A DNA stretch of 64,000 nt from Squalus acanthias (Eukaryota): positions 186,001 through 250,000 of the forward strand of contig JASTWF010000362.1 in NCBI GenBank assembly GCA_030390025.1. Direction: 5' to 3'. Positions within the stretch are counted from its first letter, which is position 1. Each line of letters opens with the position of its first letter. Below are positions 23,606-34,900 of the stretch, piece by piece. The notes under the pieces were generated by a model. That model saw only the letters and a program-made list of their open reading frames with translations. It did not search any database and was not told the DNA's origin. Position numbers and translations under genes: made by a program.

Positions 23606-26180
23606 GGGTTTGACCCCACACGCACCCGCCCCCCCGGCCACCAGGGAAGGGGTTTGACCTCACACTCACCCCCCCGGGAAGGGGGTTTGACCCCACACAC
23701 TCTCCCCCAACCCCCCGGGGGAAGAAGGTTTGACTCCACACACTCTCCCCCAACCCCCCGGGGGAAGGGGTTTGACCCCACACACTCTCCCCCGGGAAGG
23801 GGGTTCGACCCCTTTCTCCCCCCCCCGGAAGGGGGTTTGACCCCACACACTCTCTCTCCCCCCCTCCCTCGGGAAGGGGGTTTGACCCCACACACTCTCT
23901 CTCTCCCCCTTGGGAAGGGGGTTCGACCCCACACACTCTCTCTCTCTCTCTCTCTCCCTTGGGAAGGGGGTTGGACCCCACAGTCCCCCTCCCCCAGGGG
24001 AAGGGGGTTGGACCCCACACTCTCCCTCCCCCAGGGGAAGGTGGTTTGACCCCACACTCTCCCTCCCCCAGGCGAAGGTGGTTTGACCCCACACTCTCCC
24101 TCCCCCAGGGGAAGGGGGTTTGACCCCACACTCTCCCTCCCCCAGGGGAAGGGGGTTTGACCGCACACTCCCCCGCCCCCAGGGGAAGGGGGTTTGACCC
24201 CACACTCCCCCGCCCCCAGGGGAAGGCGGTTGGACCCCACACTCTCCCTCCCCCAGGCGAAGGTGGTTTGACCCCACACTCTCCCTCCCCCAGGCGAAGG
24301 TGGTTTGACCCCACACTCTCCCTCCCCCAGGCGAAGGTGGTTTGACCCCACACTCTCCCTCCCCCAGGCGAAGGTGGTTTGACCCCACACTCTCCCTCCC
24401 CCAGGGGAAGGTGGTTTGACTCCACACTCCCCCGCCCCCAGGGGAAGGGGGTTTGACTCCACTCTCCCTCCCCCAGGGGAAGGGGGTTGGACCCCACACT
24501 CCCCCGCCCCCAGGGGAAGGGGGTTTGACCCCACACTCCCCCGCCCCCAGGGGAAGGTGGTTTGACCCCACACTCCCCCGCCCCCAGGGGAAGGTGGTTT
24601 GACCCCACACTCCCCCGCCCCCAGGGGAAGGGGGTTTGACCCCACACTCCCCCGCCCCCAGGAGAAGGGGGTTTGACCCCACACTCTCCCTCCCCCAGGC
24701 GAAGGTGGTTTGACCCCACACTCTCCCTCCCCCGGGGAAGGGGGTTTGACCCCACACTCTCCCTCCCCCGGGGAAGGGGGTTTGACTCCACACTCCCCCT
24801 CCCCCGGGGAAGGGGGTTTGACTCCACACTCTCCCTCCCCCGGGGAAGGGGGTTTGACCCCACACTCTCCCTCCCCCAGGCGAAGGTGGTTTGACCCCAC
24901 ACTCTCCCTCCCCCGGGGAAGGGGGTTTGACCCCACACTCTCCCTCCCCCGGGGAAGGGGGTTTGACTCCACACTCCCCCTCCCCCGGGGAAGGGGGTTT
25001 GACTCCACACTCTCCCTCCCCCGGGGAAGGGGGTTTGACCCCACACTCACCCTCCCCCAGGCGAAGGGGGTTTGACCCCACACTCTCCCTCCCCCAGGGG
25101 AAGGGGGTTTGACCCCACACTCTCCCTCCCCCAGGGGAAGGGGGTTTGACCCCACACTCTCCCTCCCCCGGGGAAGGGGGTTTGACCCCACACTCTCCCT
25201 CCCCCAGGCGAAGGGGGTTTGACCCCACACTCTCCCTCCCCCAGGCGAAGGGGGTTTGACCCCACACTCTCCCTCCCCCAGGGGAAGGGGGTTTGACCCC
25301 ACACTCCCCCTCCCCCAGGGGAAGGGGGTTTGACCCCACACTCCCCCGCCCCCGGGGGAAGGGGGTTTGACCCCACACTCTCCCTCCCCCAGGGGAAGGG
25401 GGTTTGACCCCACACTCTCCCTCCCCCAGGGGAAGGGGGTTTGACCCCACACTCCCCCGCCCCCAGGGGAAGGGGGTTTGACCCCACACTCCCCCGCCCC
25501 CAGGGGAAGGGGGTTTGACTCCACACTCTCCCTCCCCCAGGGGAAGGGGGTTTGACCCCACACTCTCCCTCCCCCAGGGGAAGGGGGTTTGACCCCACAC
25601 TCTCCCTCCCCCGGGGAAGGGGGTTTGACCCCACACTCCCCCTCCCCCAGGGGAAGGGGGTTTGACCCCACACTCCCCCGCCCCCGGGGAAGGGGGTTTG
25701 ACCCCACACTCCCCCTCCCCCAGGGGAAGGGGGTTTGACCCCACACTCCCCCGCCCCCGGGGAAGGGGGTTTGACCCCACACTCTCCCTCCCCCGGGGGA
25801 AGGGGGTTTGACCCCACACTCCCCCGCCCCCAGGGGAAGGGGGTTTGACCCCACACTCTCCCTCCCCTGGGTTTGACCCCACACTCCCCCGGGGGAAGGG
25901 GGTTTGACCCCACACTCCCCCTCCCCCAGGGGAAGGGGGTTTGACCCCACACTCTCCCTCCCCCAGGGGAAGGGGGTTTGACTCCACTCTCCCCCTCCCC
26001 CAGGGGAAGGGGGTTTGACCCCACACTCCCCCTCCCCCAGGGGAAGGGGGTTTGACCCCACACTCCCCCTCCCCCAGGGGAAGGGGGTTTGACCCCACAC
26101 TCCCCCGCCCCCGGGGAAGGGGGTTTGACCCCACACTCCCCCGCCCCCGGGGGAAGGGGGTTTGACCCCACACGCCCCCC
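23606..26180. repeat. G/C-rich minisatellite, unit ~36-37 bp (CCCCACACTCTCCCTCCCCCAGGGGAAGGGGGTTTGA), roughly 70 units
   Basis: Directly visible tandem array with variant units and degenerate units at the left end. Confidence 0.98.
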
Positions 26181-26189
26181 TCGGGTTTA

Positions 26190-26480
26190 CCTCAGCTCCT
26201 CGCTCTCTTTGCCGTCGCTTCACCTCATGATCTTCCCGCTTGTGTCCGTGTGTTTCACTAATGGCGGCCGCTTCGATCCTCCTTGCGCCAGCCGCGGGCG
26301 GCCTGAGGTGCTCGGCGGGCTGACGGGCGCTGGAAGCCCGGCGAGCGGCTACGCGCTGACATCACCGGCAGCGCGTCCCCATAGCAACCGTCCCCGCCTT
26401 TCGCGCGACGTCCTCCCCAACGTGAGGGGGCGTGGCTACAGCGCGCTTCATTTACACATCTGTCGCAGCTGTGCCCGATG
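26190..26480 (-). promoter_or_regulatory. CpG-island promoter of POMT1
   Basis: Dense CpG; YY1-type AATGGCGGC 26260-26268; X-box-like GTCCCCATAGCAAC 26375-26388; GC box-like CCCCGCC near 26392-26398. Confidence 0.75.
26191..26290 (-). other. POMT1: POMT1 non-coding exon 1 (5' boundary uncertain)
   Basis: Donor GAG|gtaaac at 26191/26190 inside the most CpG-dense non-repeat patch upstream of exon 2. Exon 2 has its own acceptor, so an upstream exon is required. Confidence 0.7.
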
Positions 26481-27439
26481 GTCATTCCTGGGTAGCTTTG
26501 AGCAGAGGAGAGAGGTGTTCATCCATCCATCCATCCATCAAAGCAATGCCCTGGGAACCAGTCTGCCTTCATTTTGCAAATAGAAATAAAAACCTTCATC
26601 CCACTGTTCATCAAAAAAAGACTTGCATTTCTATAGCGCCTTTCACCAACTCAGGACGTCCCAAAGCGCTTGACAGCCAATGAAGTACTTTTTGAAGTGT
26701 AGTCACTGTTGTAATGTAGGAAACGCGGCAGCTAATTTGAACACAGGAAGCTCCCACAAACAGCAATGTGATAAATGACCAAATAATCTGGTTGGTTGAG
26801 GGATAAATATTGTCCAGGCCACAGGGGAGAACTCCCCATCTCATCTTTAAATAGCGCCACGGGGTCTTTTATGTCCATCCATCTGAGAGGCAGACATTTA
26901 ACATCTCATCAGATAGACAACACCGCCAACAGTTCAGTACTGCCCTGAAGTGTCAGCCAAGCTCAGGTATCAGGGGTGAGAACTTTTTTGCAGAGGGCTG
27001 TGGGGGTATACCCTTCTCAGAAAATGGAGATTATTTTGGACACTTTATTTGGTGCATTTTCCTGGTTTTAAAGTAAATTTATTGCCCACCCGTAGTACAA
27101 CTGAGTGGCTTTCTAGGCCACTTCAAAATCATAGAATCATAGACAAGAGGAAGTTTAGAGTCAATAATGTTGGTGTGGGACTGGAGTCACAGATAGGCTA
27201 TGCCAGGTAAGGATGGCAGGTTTCCTTCCCTAAACGACATTAGTGAACCAGTTGGGTTTTTACAACAATCCAACAGCTTCATGATCACTAAATAGTACCA
27301 GCTTTTTATCCAGGAGAAAAAATCATAAGGGCATTCAGAAACAGTGTGTTCTTCATTTTCTTTGAACACTTTTGTTTATTAGGTATTCAAATATTAGAGA
27401 TGGGGGAAAAAGACTTTGACTGAGCGAGGCAGTTGCAGG

Positions 27440-29000
27440 AACGCAGAGTTCTTGGAGGGTTATTGAGCTGGAGGAGGTTATTCAGATATAGTGGGCAGAG
27501 ACCATGGACACAAGGACAATAATTTTAAAATTGAGGTATTGGGTGACTGGAAGCCAATGCAAGTCAACAAACACGGGGTGATGGGCAAGCTCAACTTGTT
27601 GCAGGATATATGGGCAGCAGAGTTTTGGATGAACTGAAATTTATGGAGGGTGGACGATGGGAGGCCAGGCAGGGGAGCATTCGAATGGTCGAGACTGGAG
27701 GTGACACAAGGCATGGACAATGAACGTTTCAGCAGCAGAGTCCCGAATGTTACATTGCTTTCCAGGTGCCAGGGTTCGGGACATAATGGAGCGAATACAA
27801 AAGGTTGTGGGAATGGGAGGGCGAGTAGCTACAGATAAATTAAGGAACAGAACCTCCAGGGTAGTAATCTCTGCATTACTCCTAGTGCCACACGCTGGAC
27901 CAGACTGGGAGAGAAAAATTAGGATCATCACTGTGTGGCTGAAAAGATGATGCAGAAGGGAGCTTTTCAGATTCCTTGGACTCTGGGACCACTTTCGGAG
28001 CCAGAGAAGGCTGTACATGAGGGATGGCCTTTACCTAAACCGAAGAGGCACCCGTGTCCTTGCAGAAAGGGTAAATATGGCAGTGGGGAAAGTTATAAAC
28101 AAGCTAGGACAATGGGAGGGCAGTGGATATCTGGAATTCGCTCCCCAAAAAAGCTGTGGATGCTGGGTCAATTGGAATTTTCAAGACAGATTGCTAGAGT
28201 TTAGTTGTGTAAGTGTATCAAGGGATATGGAGCAAAACCTGGTAAATGGAGTCAAGGTACAGATAAGCCATGATCTCATTGAATGGCCTACTCCTCCTGT
28301 TCCTATGTAAATGTGTTGAGGTAGGCCAGGAGTGGGTGATATTATGAAGGTGGGCAATGTTACGGAGGTGAAAGTAGGTGATTTTTGTGATGGAGAGGAT
28401 ATGGGTTTGGAAGCTCAGCTCAGGATTGAATAGGATGCCAAGGTTGTGAACAGTCTGGTTCAACCTGAAACAGTGGCCAGAATCAGTGACAACGGTACCT
28501 AGTTCATGGCGGGGACTGAAGATGATCATTTCAGTCTACCCAATTTTTAACTGGAGGAAATTGCAGCTCATCCAAGACTGGGCATCAGCCAAGCAATCTG
28601 ACAACACAGAGGCAGTGGAGTAGTCGAGGGAGATGATGGAGAGGCAGGGCTGGGTATCATCAGCGTAAATGTGGAAACTGACCCCATGTCTTTGGATGAT
28701 ATCGGCAAGAGGCAACATATAGATAAGAACCGGAGAGTTCCCTTGGGAGATTCCAAAGGTAACGGGGGTGGGGTGGGAAGAGAAGCCATTGCTGGAGATC
28801 CATTGTCCATGATTGGCTAGGTAAGAGTGGGACCAAGGGAGGGCAGTCCCACTGAGCTGGACAACGGTGGAGAGGCGTGGGTGGAGGATGGCGTGGTCAA
28901 AGGATTCAGAGAGGTCATGGGGGGATAATTCACCGTGATCACTGTAACAAAGGACATAATTTGAGACTTCGATTAGGGCCATTTCAGTGTTGTGGTAGTA
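27440..29000 (-). mobile_element. Degenerate L2-clade LINE RT region, interrupted by a CR1-derived insert (~27730-28310, +)
   Basis: YADDTQ motif in ORF 28536-29003; insert shows CFPGARVRD / DGLYLNRRGT (esterase-like ORF1) and a CR1 tail. Confidence 0.7.
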
Positions 29001-30351
29001 CACACGCCACCACCTCGAGCTTCATCTCCATTTCTGGATGATTAAATCTGCCTTTTGATTGTGACAGTCACTGTTATCTTGACTATCGATTCGGTTTTGG
29101 TTTAGCTTTCAAATTCGTCACTACTTAAGTAAGTCTTTAATAAAAAAAATTGTCTGTGAGCATGCAATTCCAAGCTTTCTTCATGATTGGATTCAGTAGT
29201 ATTTTACACCGCAACATAAATATTTAATTGCCGATTTGCCTCCATTTACAGCACACTTTTGCTTCAGTGTACCGGAACTTCTGAGGTCAAGCGGACAGAT
29301 ATGATCTTGCATTGTCCAGTACAAATCTTGAGTTCATTTTCTTCTCACACTGAAGAAAGTGGAATAAAAAAAATCATTAGATCTTTTGGGACATGCAACC
29401 CATTGTAGGCTGCATTTACTGTGACGCAAAGGCATGAAGGCATTCTGTCTGTCCTATTGTGCCCTATTTAATCCCAGTGACAAAACTGGTCATTCCATCA
29501 AAAGTAATCCTGCCTTCTCCTGCACAGCTCATTGCAAAAGAGATGATCTGCCATACAGAAGACTTACACAGTAAAATGCAATTGCCACAATATGTAATGC
29601 AAGTCTATTTTTAGATCACCTACTTATCTTCAATATGGCCTTCCTCAATCTTTGAATGTAATTTATCCTCCACATAAGTCGAAGACTTAAAACACCCATC
29701 CCATATCTTCTAACCTCCTCTCCTGCACAGGATACAAGAGGGGGAAAAAAGTCATCTTAAAAGTGACCCTTTTTTTGGTAGGAGGTAGCCCGTTGATCAC
29801 AAGGTCTAGTACCAGTATCACACCTTAGTTCTGTTGAAGGAGACAAGAGGAAAACCAAGTTGATGCAACAAGGCAAAAAACCCCCCACAAAAATGTGAAA
29901 CCCCAAATGGCAAGAACCACCAGACAGGTAAGGAGGAAGCTTTGTATGTGGAAACTGAATATTGCTTAAGGAATGAAGGCAGCAATATATAAAAGGTACA
30001 AATCCTTTTAACTTAGCAAACAATTCAATTGACTTAATTTTGAAACACTGAAGTACCAAAATGCATGACAGCCTGAGCTTGTAGATCAAGACAATAATCC
30101 TGCTTCTAAACATAAACTACTCTACACAGCGATCTTGATATTAGAGTCAAGGAAAATCCTCCTCCTATTGGCCCAAGATGTGGCCACAGCACGAGTAGAC
30201 TGACGTTCAACTTTCCTTGATGGTATCTAGAGGTATAGATATAGCTATTAGAGAGAACTTGCATTTATATACAACCTCAGGATGTCCCAAAGCGCTTCAC
30301 AGCCAATGATGTACTTTTGAAGTATAGTCACGGTTGTAATGTAGGAAACTA

Positions 30352-31063
30352 TGTCCTTGTACATGAATCACAGCAAGTTAACATGCAGGTACAGCAAGCA
30401 ATTAGGAAAGCAAATAGTATGTTAGCTTTTGTTACAAAGGGATTAGAGTACAAAAGTAAAGAAGTCTTATTACAATTATACAGGGCATTGGTGAGACCAC
30501 ACCTGGAGTACCGTGTACAGTTCTGGTCTCCTTACCCAAGGAAAGACAAACTTGCCTTAGAGGGAGTGCAGCGAAGGTTCACTAGACTGGTTCCTGGGAT
30601 GAGGGGATTGCCCTATGAAGAGAGATTGAGTAGACTAGGCCTGTATTCCTTAGAGTTTAGAAGAATGAGAGGTGATCTAATTGAAACATATAAAATTCTT
30701 AAGGGGTTTGACAGGGTAGATGCAGGGAGGATGTTTCCCCTGGCTGGGGAATCTAGAACATGGGGTCACAATCACAGAATAAGGGGTAGGCCATTTAGGA
30801 CTGAGATGAGGAGAAATTTCTTCACTCCGAGGGTGGTGAATCTTTGGAATTCTCTACCCCAGAGAGCTGTGGATGCTCAGTCGTTGAGTATATTCAAGAC
30901 AGAGGTCGATACATTTTTGGGAACAAAGCAAATTAAGGGATATGGGGATAGTGCGGGAAAGGTGGAGTTGAAGTAGAAGATCAGCCATGATCTTGTTGAA
31001 TGGCAGAGCAAGCTCAAAGGGCCAAATGGCCTAGTCCCAGTTCCTATTTCTTATGCTCTTATG
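30352..31063 (+). mobile_element. CR1 LINE 3' fragment
   Basis: ORF 30317-30976 ALVRPHLEY..LWNSLP; further + copies at ~5030-5440, ~31482-31910, ~47093-47402, ~47577-48370, ~49500-50336, ~52500-53180. Confidence 0.9.
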
Positions 31064-31924
31064 AATAGAGCTATACTTGCTTAGTAATGAGTTTAATTAA
31101 AGATTTATGAAATAAGACTAAGTTGCCTAAATATCAAATGCCCTACTTCTCAGCTTGCTCATTCTGCTTTAGAAATTGTCCAAACCTCCTTCCCTGCCCC
31201 AAAAATCAATGGCAGAGCCATCAAGGCCCTGCTCTCTGAAATTCTGTCCCCAAACCTCCTCAGTTTTGCTTCAACTCTTTCCCCATCTTCAAAGCTTCCT
31301 CAAAACAGACCTCGCCATTGATCTCTTCCCCCAACCCCCTCCTCCCTCATGTGAAGCGCCGTGGGACATTTGTCCAAGTTAAAGACACTGTATAAATGTA
31401 TGCATCAAACTGAATGCACCCATTAAACACCAGTTACCTTTCTGAATTTAAAAAGACTGCACCCGATATTAATGATGGTCACTGAGAGATTGAATAGATT
31501 GGGCCTATACTCTCTGGAGTTTAGAAGAATGTGAGATGCTCTCATTGTAACATAAGATTCTGAGGGGGATTGACAGGGTAGATGCTGAGAGGTTGTTTCC
31601 CCTGGCTGGAGAGTCTAGAGCTAGGGGGCACAGTCTCAGGATAAGGGGGCCAGCCATTTCAGACTGAGATGAGAAATTTCTTCACTCAGAGGGCTGTGAA
31701 TCTTTGGAATTCTCTACCCCAGAGGGCTGTGGATGCTGAGTCGTTGAGTATATTGAAGGCTGAGGATAGATTTTTGGACTCTAGGGGAATGAAGGGATAT
31801 GGGGATGGGGAAGGAAAGTGGCGTTGAGGTCGAAGATCAGCCATGATCTTATTGAATGGCGGAGCAGGCTCGAGGGGCCGTATGGCCTACACCTGCTCCC
31901 ATTTCTTACGCACCATTTTAATCA

Positions 31925-31995
31925 AACACACAGGAAGGAAAAAATAAAGATAACACTTTATTTGGTCATGTGAAGAAAGCATCAGCTGCTTTATT
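31925..31995 (-). terminator. Candidate PRRC2B polyadenylation site
   Basis: Minus-strand AATAAA at 31990-31995 and 31957-31962, followed by U/GU-rich ctttattttttccttcctgtgtgtttg. Confidence 0.65.
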
Positions 31996-34900
31996 TAAAT
32001 AAACCAGATCCTTTCATATGGAAAGAGCTATTACAAATCACATATTTGAAAGGATAAACAATAGGTACTGAACTGTAAACCAGAGGCTAACACCCACCCA
32101 ACCAGTTCAGCCTCATTAATAAATAACTCCTCAGTGTACACAACATATCCACTGTCTGTCCTTTCAAATATCAAATCTACACGAAAAAACAAGAACAGAT
32201 AAGGCCAAAAGACTAATATGCACGTTTCTGGTTATAGACAAACAAAAAAAAAAATTATAATGGTAAATGTCTTTAAAGTAACTCTTTCAGAGCTTCTAAC
32301 TCTTCTTGGAATAGTAGAACATTTATTAAAAAAAATATATAAAAGGATATAGGGCTGGGGGCCAGAACATTCTAAAGATATATAGTCAAAAACACACCGA
32401 GAAAGCATCGAGGACGTAAAAATGTCTCTGCTCCCCTTCCCACAACAGGTTTTGATATGAATTTGATTAATCTAGTAATAAACATAAAAGGCATCAACTT
32501 TAGTACACTCCTGCCTCCCCAGGCTGAACACACTTCCTTGACAACAAAATAAAAACTAATTCAGTTGATAAGATGCTCAGCACCACAATAGGGGCACGAA
32601 ACAGGCTAATGACAATGCTGAAAGTGAACCTGCATCAATTAAAATCATGCTGAACATGTGCATTGCAAAAAAAACAGATTCAACAATAAAAACTCAGGCA
32701 ACTGGAGGGAATCGCTTCCTTGAATCTTGGAAAACCGGACTTTGAAAAACATCCCATGGTAGGTTTTTTTTCTTTGCATTGGAAACTACCATACCGCCGC
32801 TGCCTGCAAATTGTTAATTGAGCCACTGTACATTATAGAATCGAAACGACAATTAAAAACACGTCAATAACTACATAGTGCTGTACAATATTTAAGTCGC
32901 ATTGCTCGAGAGCGAGGAACTCAAGCCAACACTTTGCAATGGATTATTTAAGGGAGATACAAGTGAACAGATTTCTGAAAACGTGCACTTGTCTTTTGGC
33001 CTCACCATTACACAGAGTTGTCAGACAATATATAAATAATTGATCACTGTGAAACATACCCCTTTTTTGCTGGTATATCTCTACACATCAGTACATATTA
33101 AATAATGTAGTGTTCAGAAGAGACCATTGATTCGGAGGAAGAACTCATCAGTGGGACTGTTTCACTGATCACATGAGCGTTCTGAGCAATGCAATACGGG
33201 GAATATCTATTTTGTAGCAAAACCATCCCCCTTTAAAGAGGGGAATTTTTTTTTTTTAAATGTGGAAGGGATCTGTGTTTCGCTTTCATTTAATCTGCCC
33301 GCCATGTTAAATCTGGGGCGAATATTCCTGCTTAAAAAACAAGTGAGGAGCAAGCCACAGAGGCTCCCTGCTTATAATAATGCCAGACAGAAAGAAGCAC
33401 AAGACAGTTGGGGGCCTCTGTATTATGGGAGGGCGGAGGGGAAAGAGAATCATCCACCTGTTGGCTTGGTTGCAACACAATCACACATGGCGGCGATTAG
33501 CGTTACAGTGACAGAAGCTCGGAGACTAGGTCTCAAGCACAGACCCGTTCATAGTACAAGAAAATAAGCCTGTTTTTGAAATTGTGGAAAACACATTAAA
33601 AAAAAAATTGGATTAAAATACCAGTGGCAGCCAACAGAAAACCAGACAAGCAACCAGATGGTCATGGATCCGAGTTCCAGAGCTGCCTGCCACTTAACTC
33701 CTCGGGAACTCACCTCAGTCTACACACTGCTTCGGTTCTTGGCGAGGGAGGGAGGGGGAACAGAAAAAGGGGGAAAAAAACCAAATTGCCGCACTCAGAT
33801 TATAAGCACATCTTGTGTCAGTTGATGATGGAGCTTTACCGAAGTTATCATGGAGAGCTTTAGCATCTCAGACCACCTTACCATCTAACGATCCGTTAGC
33901 ACACCCCCCCCCCTTTCCCCATTAAAACTTGCACTTCCAAAAAGAAAAACAGTTTTGCCAGAACACAGATGACGCGCTTCCACCCGAGCTTTCATTTAAC
34001 TGCACAGGTGAAGGGCACCATGATGCATTGCTACTTTCTGAAGCTACAGAAACAAGTTGAAGACAATCCCATATCGCAGGTCGAGGTCTTGAATCTCTAG
34101 TAAAATACCTTTACGGAGAATCAACATGCTGATTAACAAATACCTGTCGAGGAGTGATTTACAGGCTATCATTTTTCAAGAGCAGCAGTGTCAACAGCTC
34201 AGGTCCCTTGGTGATTTCTCTCTCCTGCACACCCCCCCCATCCCATCCAAATGTTAAGTGACTTTTTTTTGATGTTGCTTGCATAGTCAATTTCAAAGCA
34301 AATACTGAGTCACGTTTCTAACACAGTAGATGGACTTGTTGTAAAGCCATTGTAAAATCCAGGTCCTTCTAGTTACTTGCTCCCGAGTATTGATTAATCC
34401 TGCCACACTTAATTTCAGCATGTGATTAACCAAGGTAAATCAACTCATTGGAAAAAGGTATTAAATTTTAGACTCAAAAAATAATATCCGCATGGACAGG
34501 CTAGAGTTATAGATGACATTGAATGGGAGTTTTGCTGAAATAGGGGAAAGACACAAGAGACTCCATTCCACTCCTCTCCCACCCACGAAAAGCTCAATGT
34601 CAAAATTGTGATACTTGTAACAGAAGTCCAGTCGCTTGAGTTCAAGAACTGAACAGTCTTGGAAAATGTTCCCACATTTTTCTTTTCAGACTCTACCAGC
34701 CACATGATTCACTGTCACTTATCTGATCCTCTCCCCAATTCACCATCTAATTACATAGGAGTCGAAAACTCGAAATCCATCATCTGCAGACTGCACTTAA
34801 ATTGACCCTCGGTGCCACAGCTTTGTAAAAACATTGATCTACATTGTTGGATTCTTTACCGATGCACCCATCAGTGTTGAGACACGAGAGCTATACTATC

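Noticed and set aside
23606..26180. CRISPR-like array of ~36-bp repeats
   Set aside because: Units are directly adjacent with no unique spacers, there are no cas genes, and the context is eukaryotic.
23523..26223. ORFs of 507, 835, 873 and 374 aa (G/P-rich repeats)
   Set aside because: They arise because the minisatellite unit has almost no stops on the minus strand. All three frames are open and cycle through the same peptides, and the region is intron 1 of POMT1.
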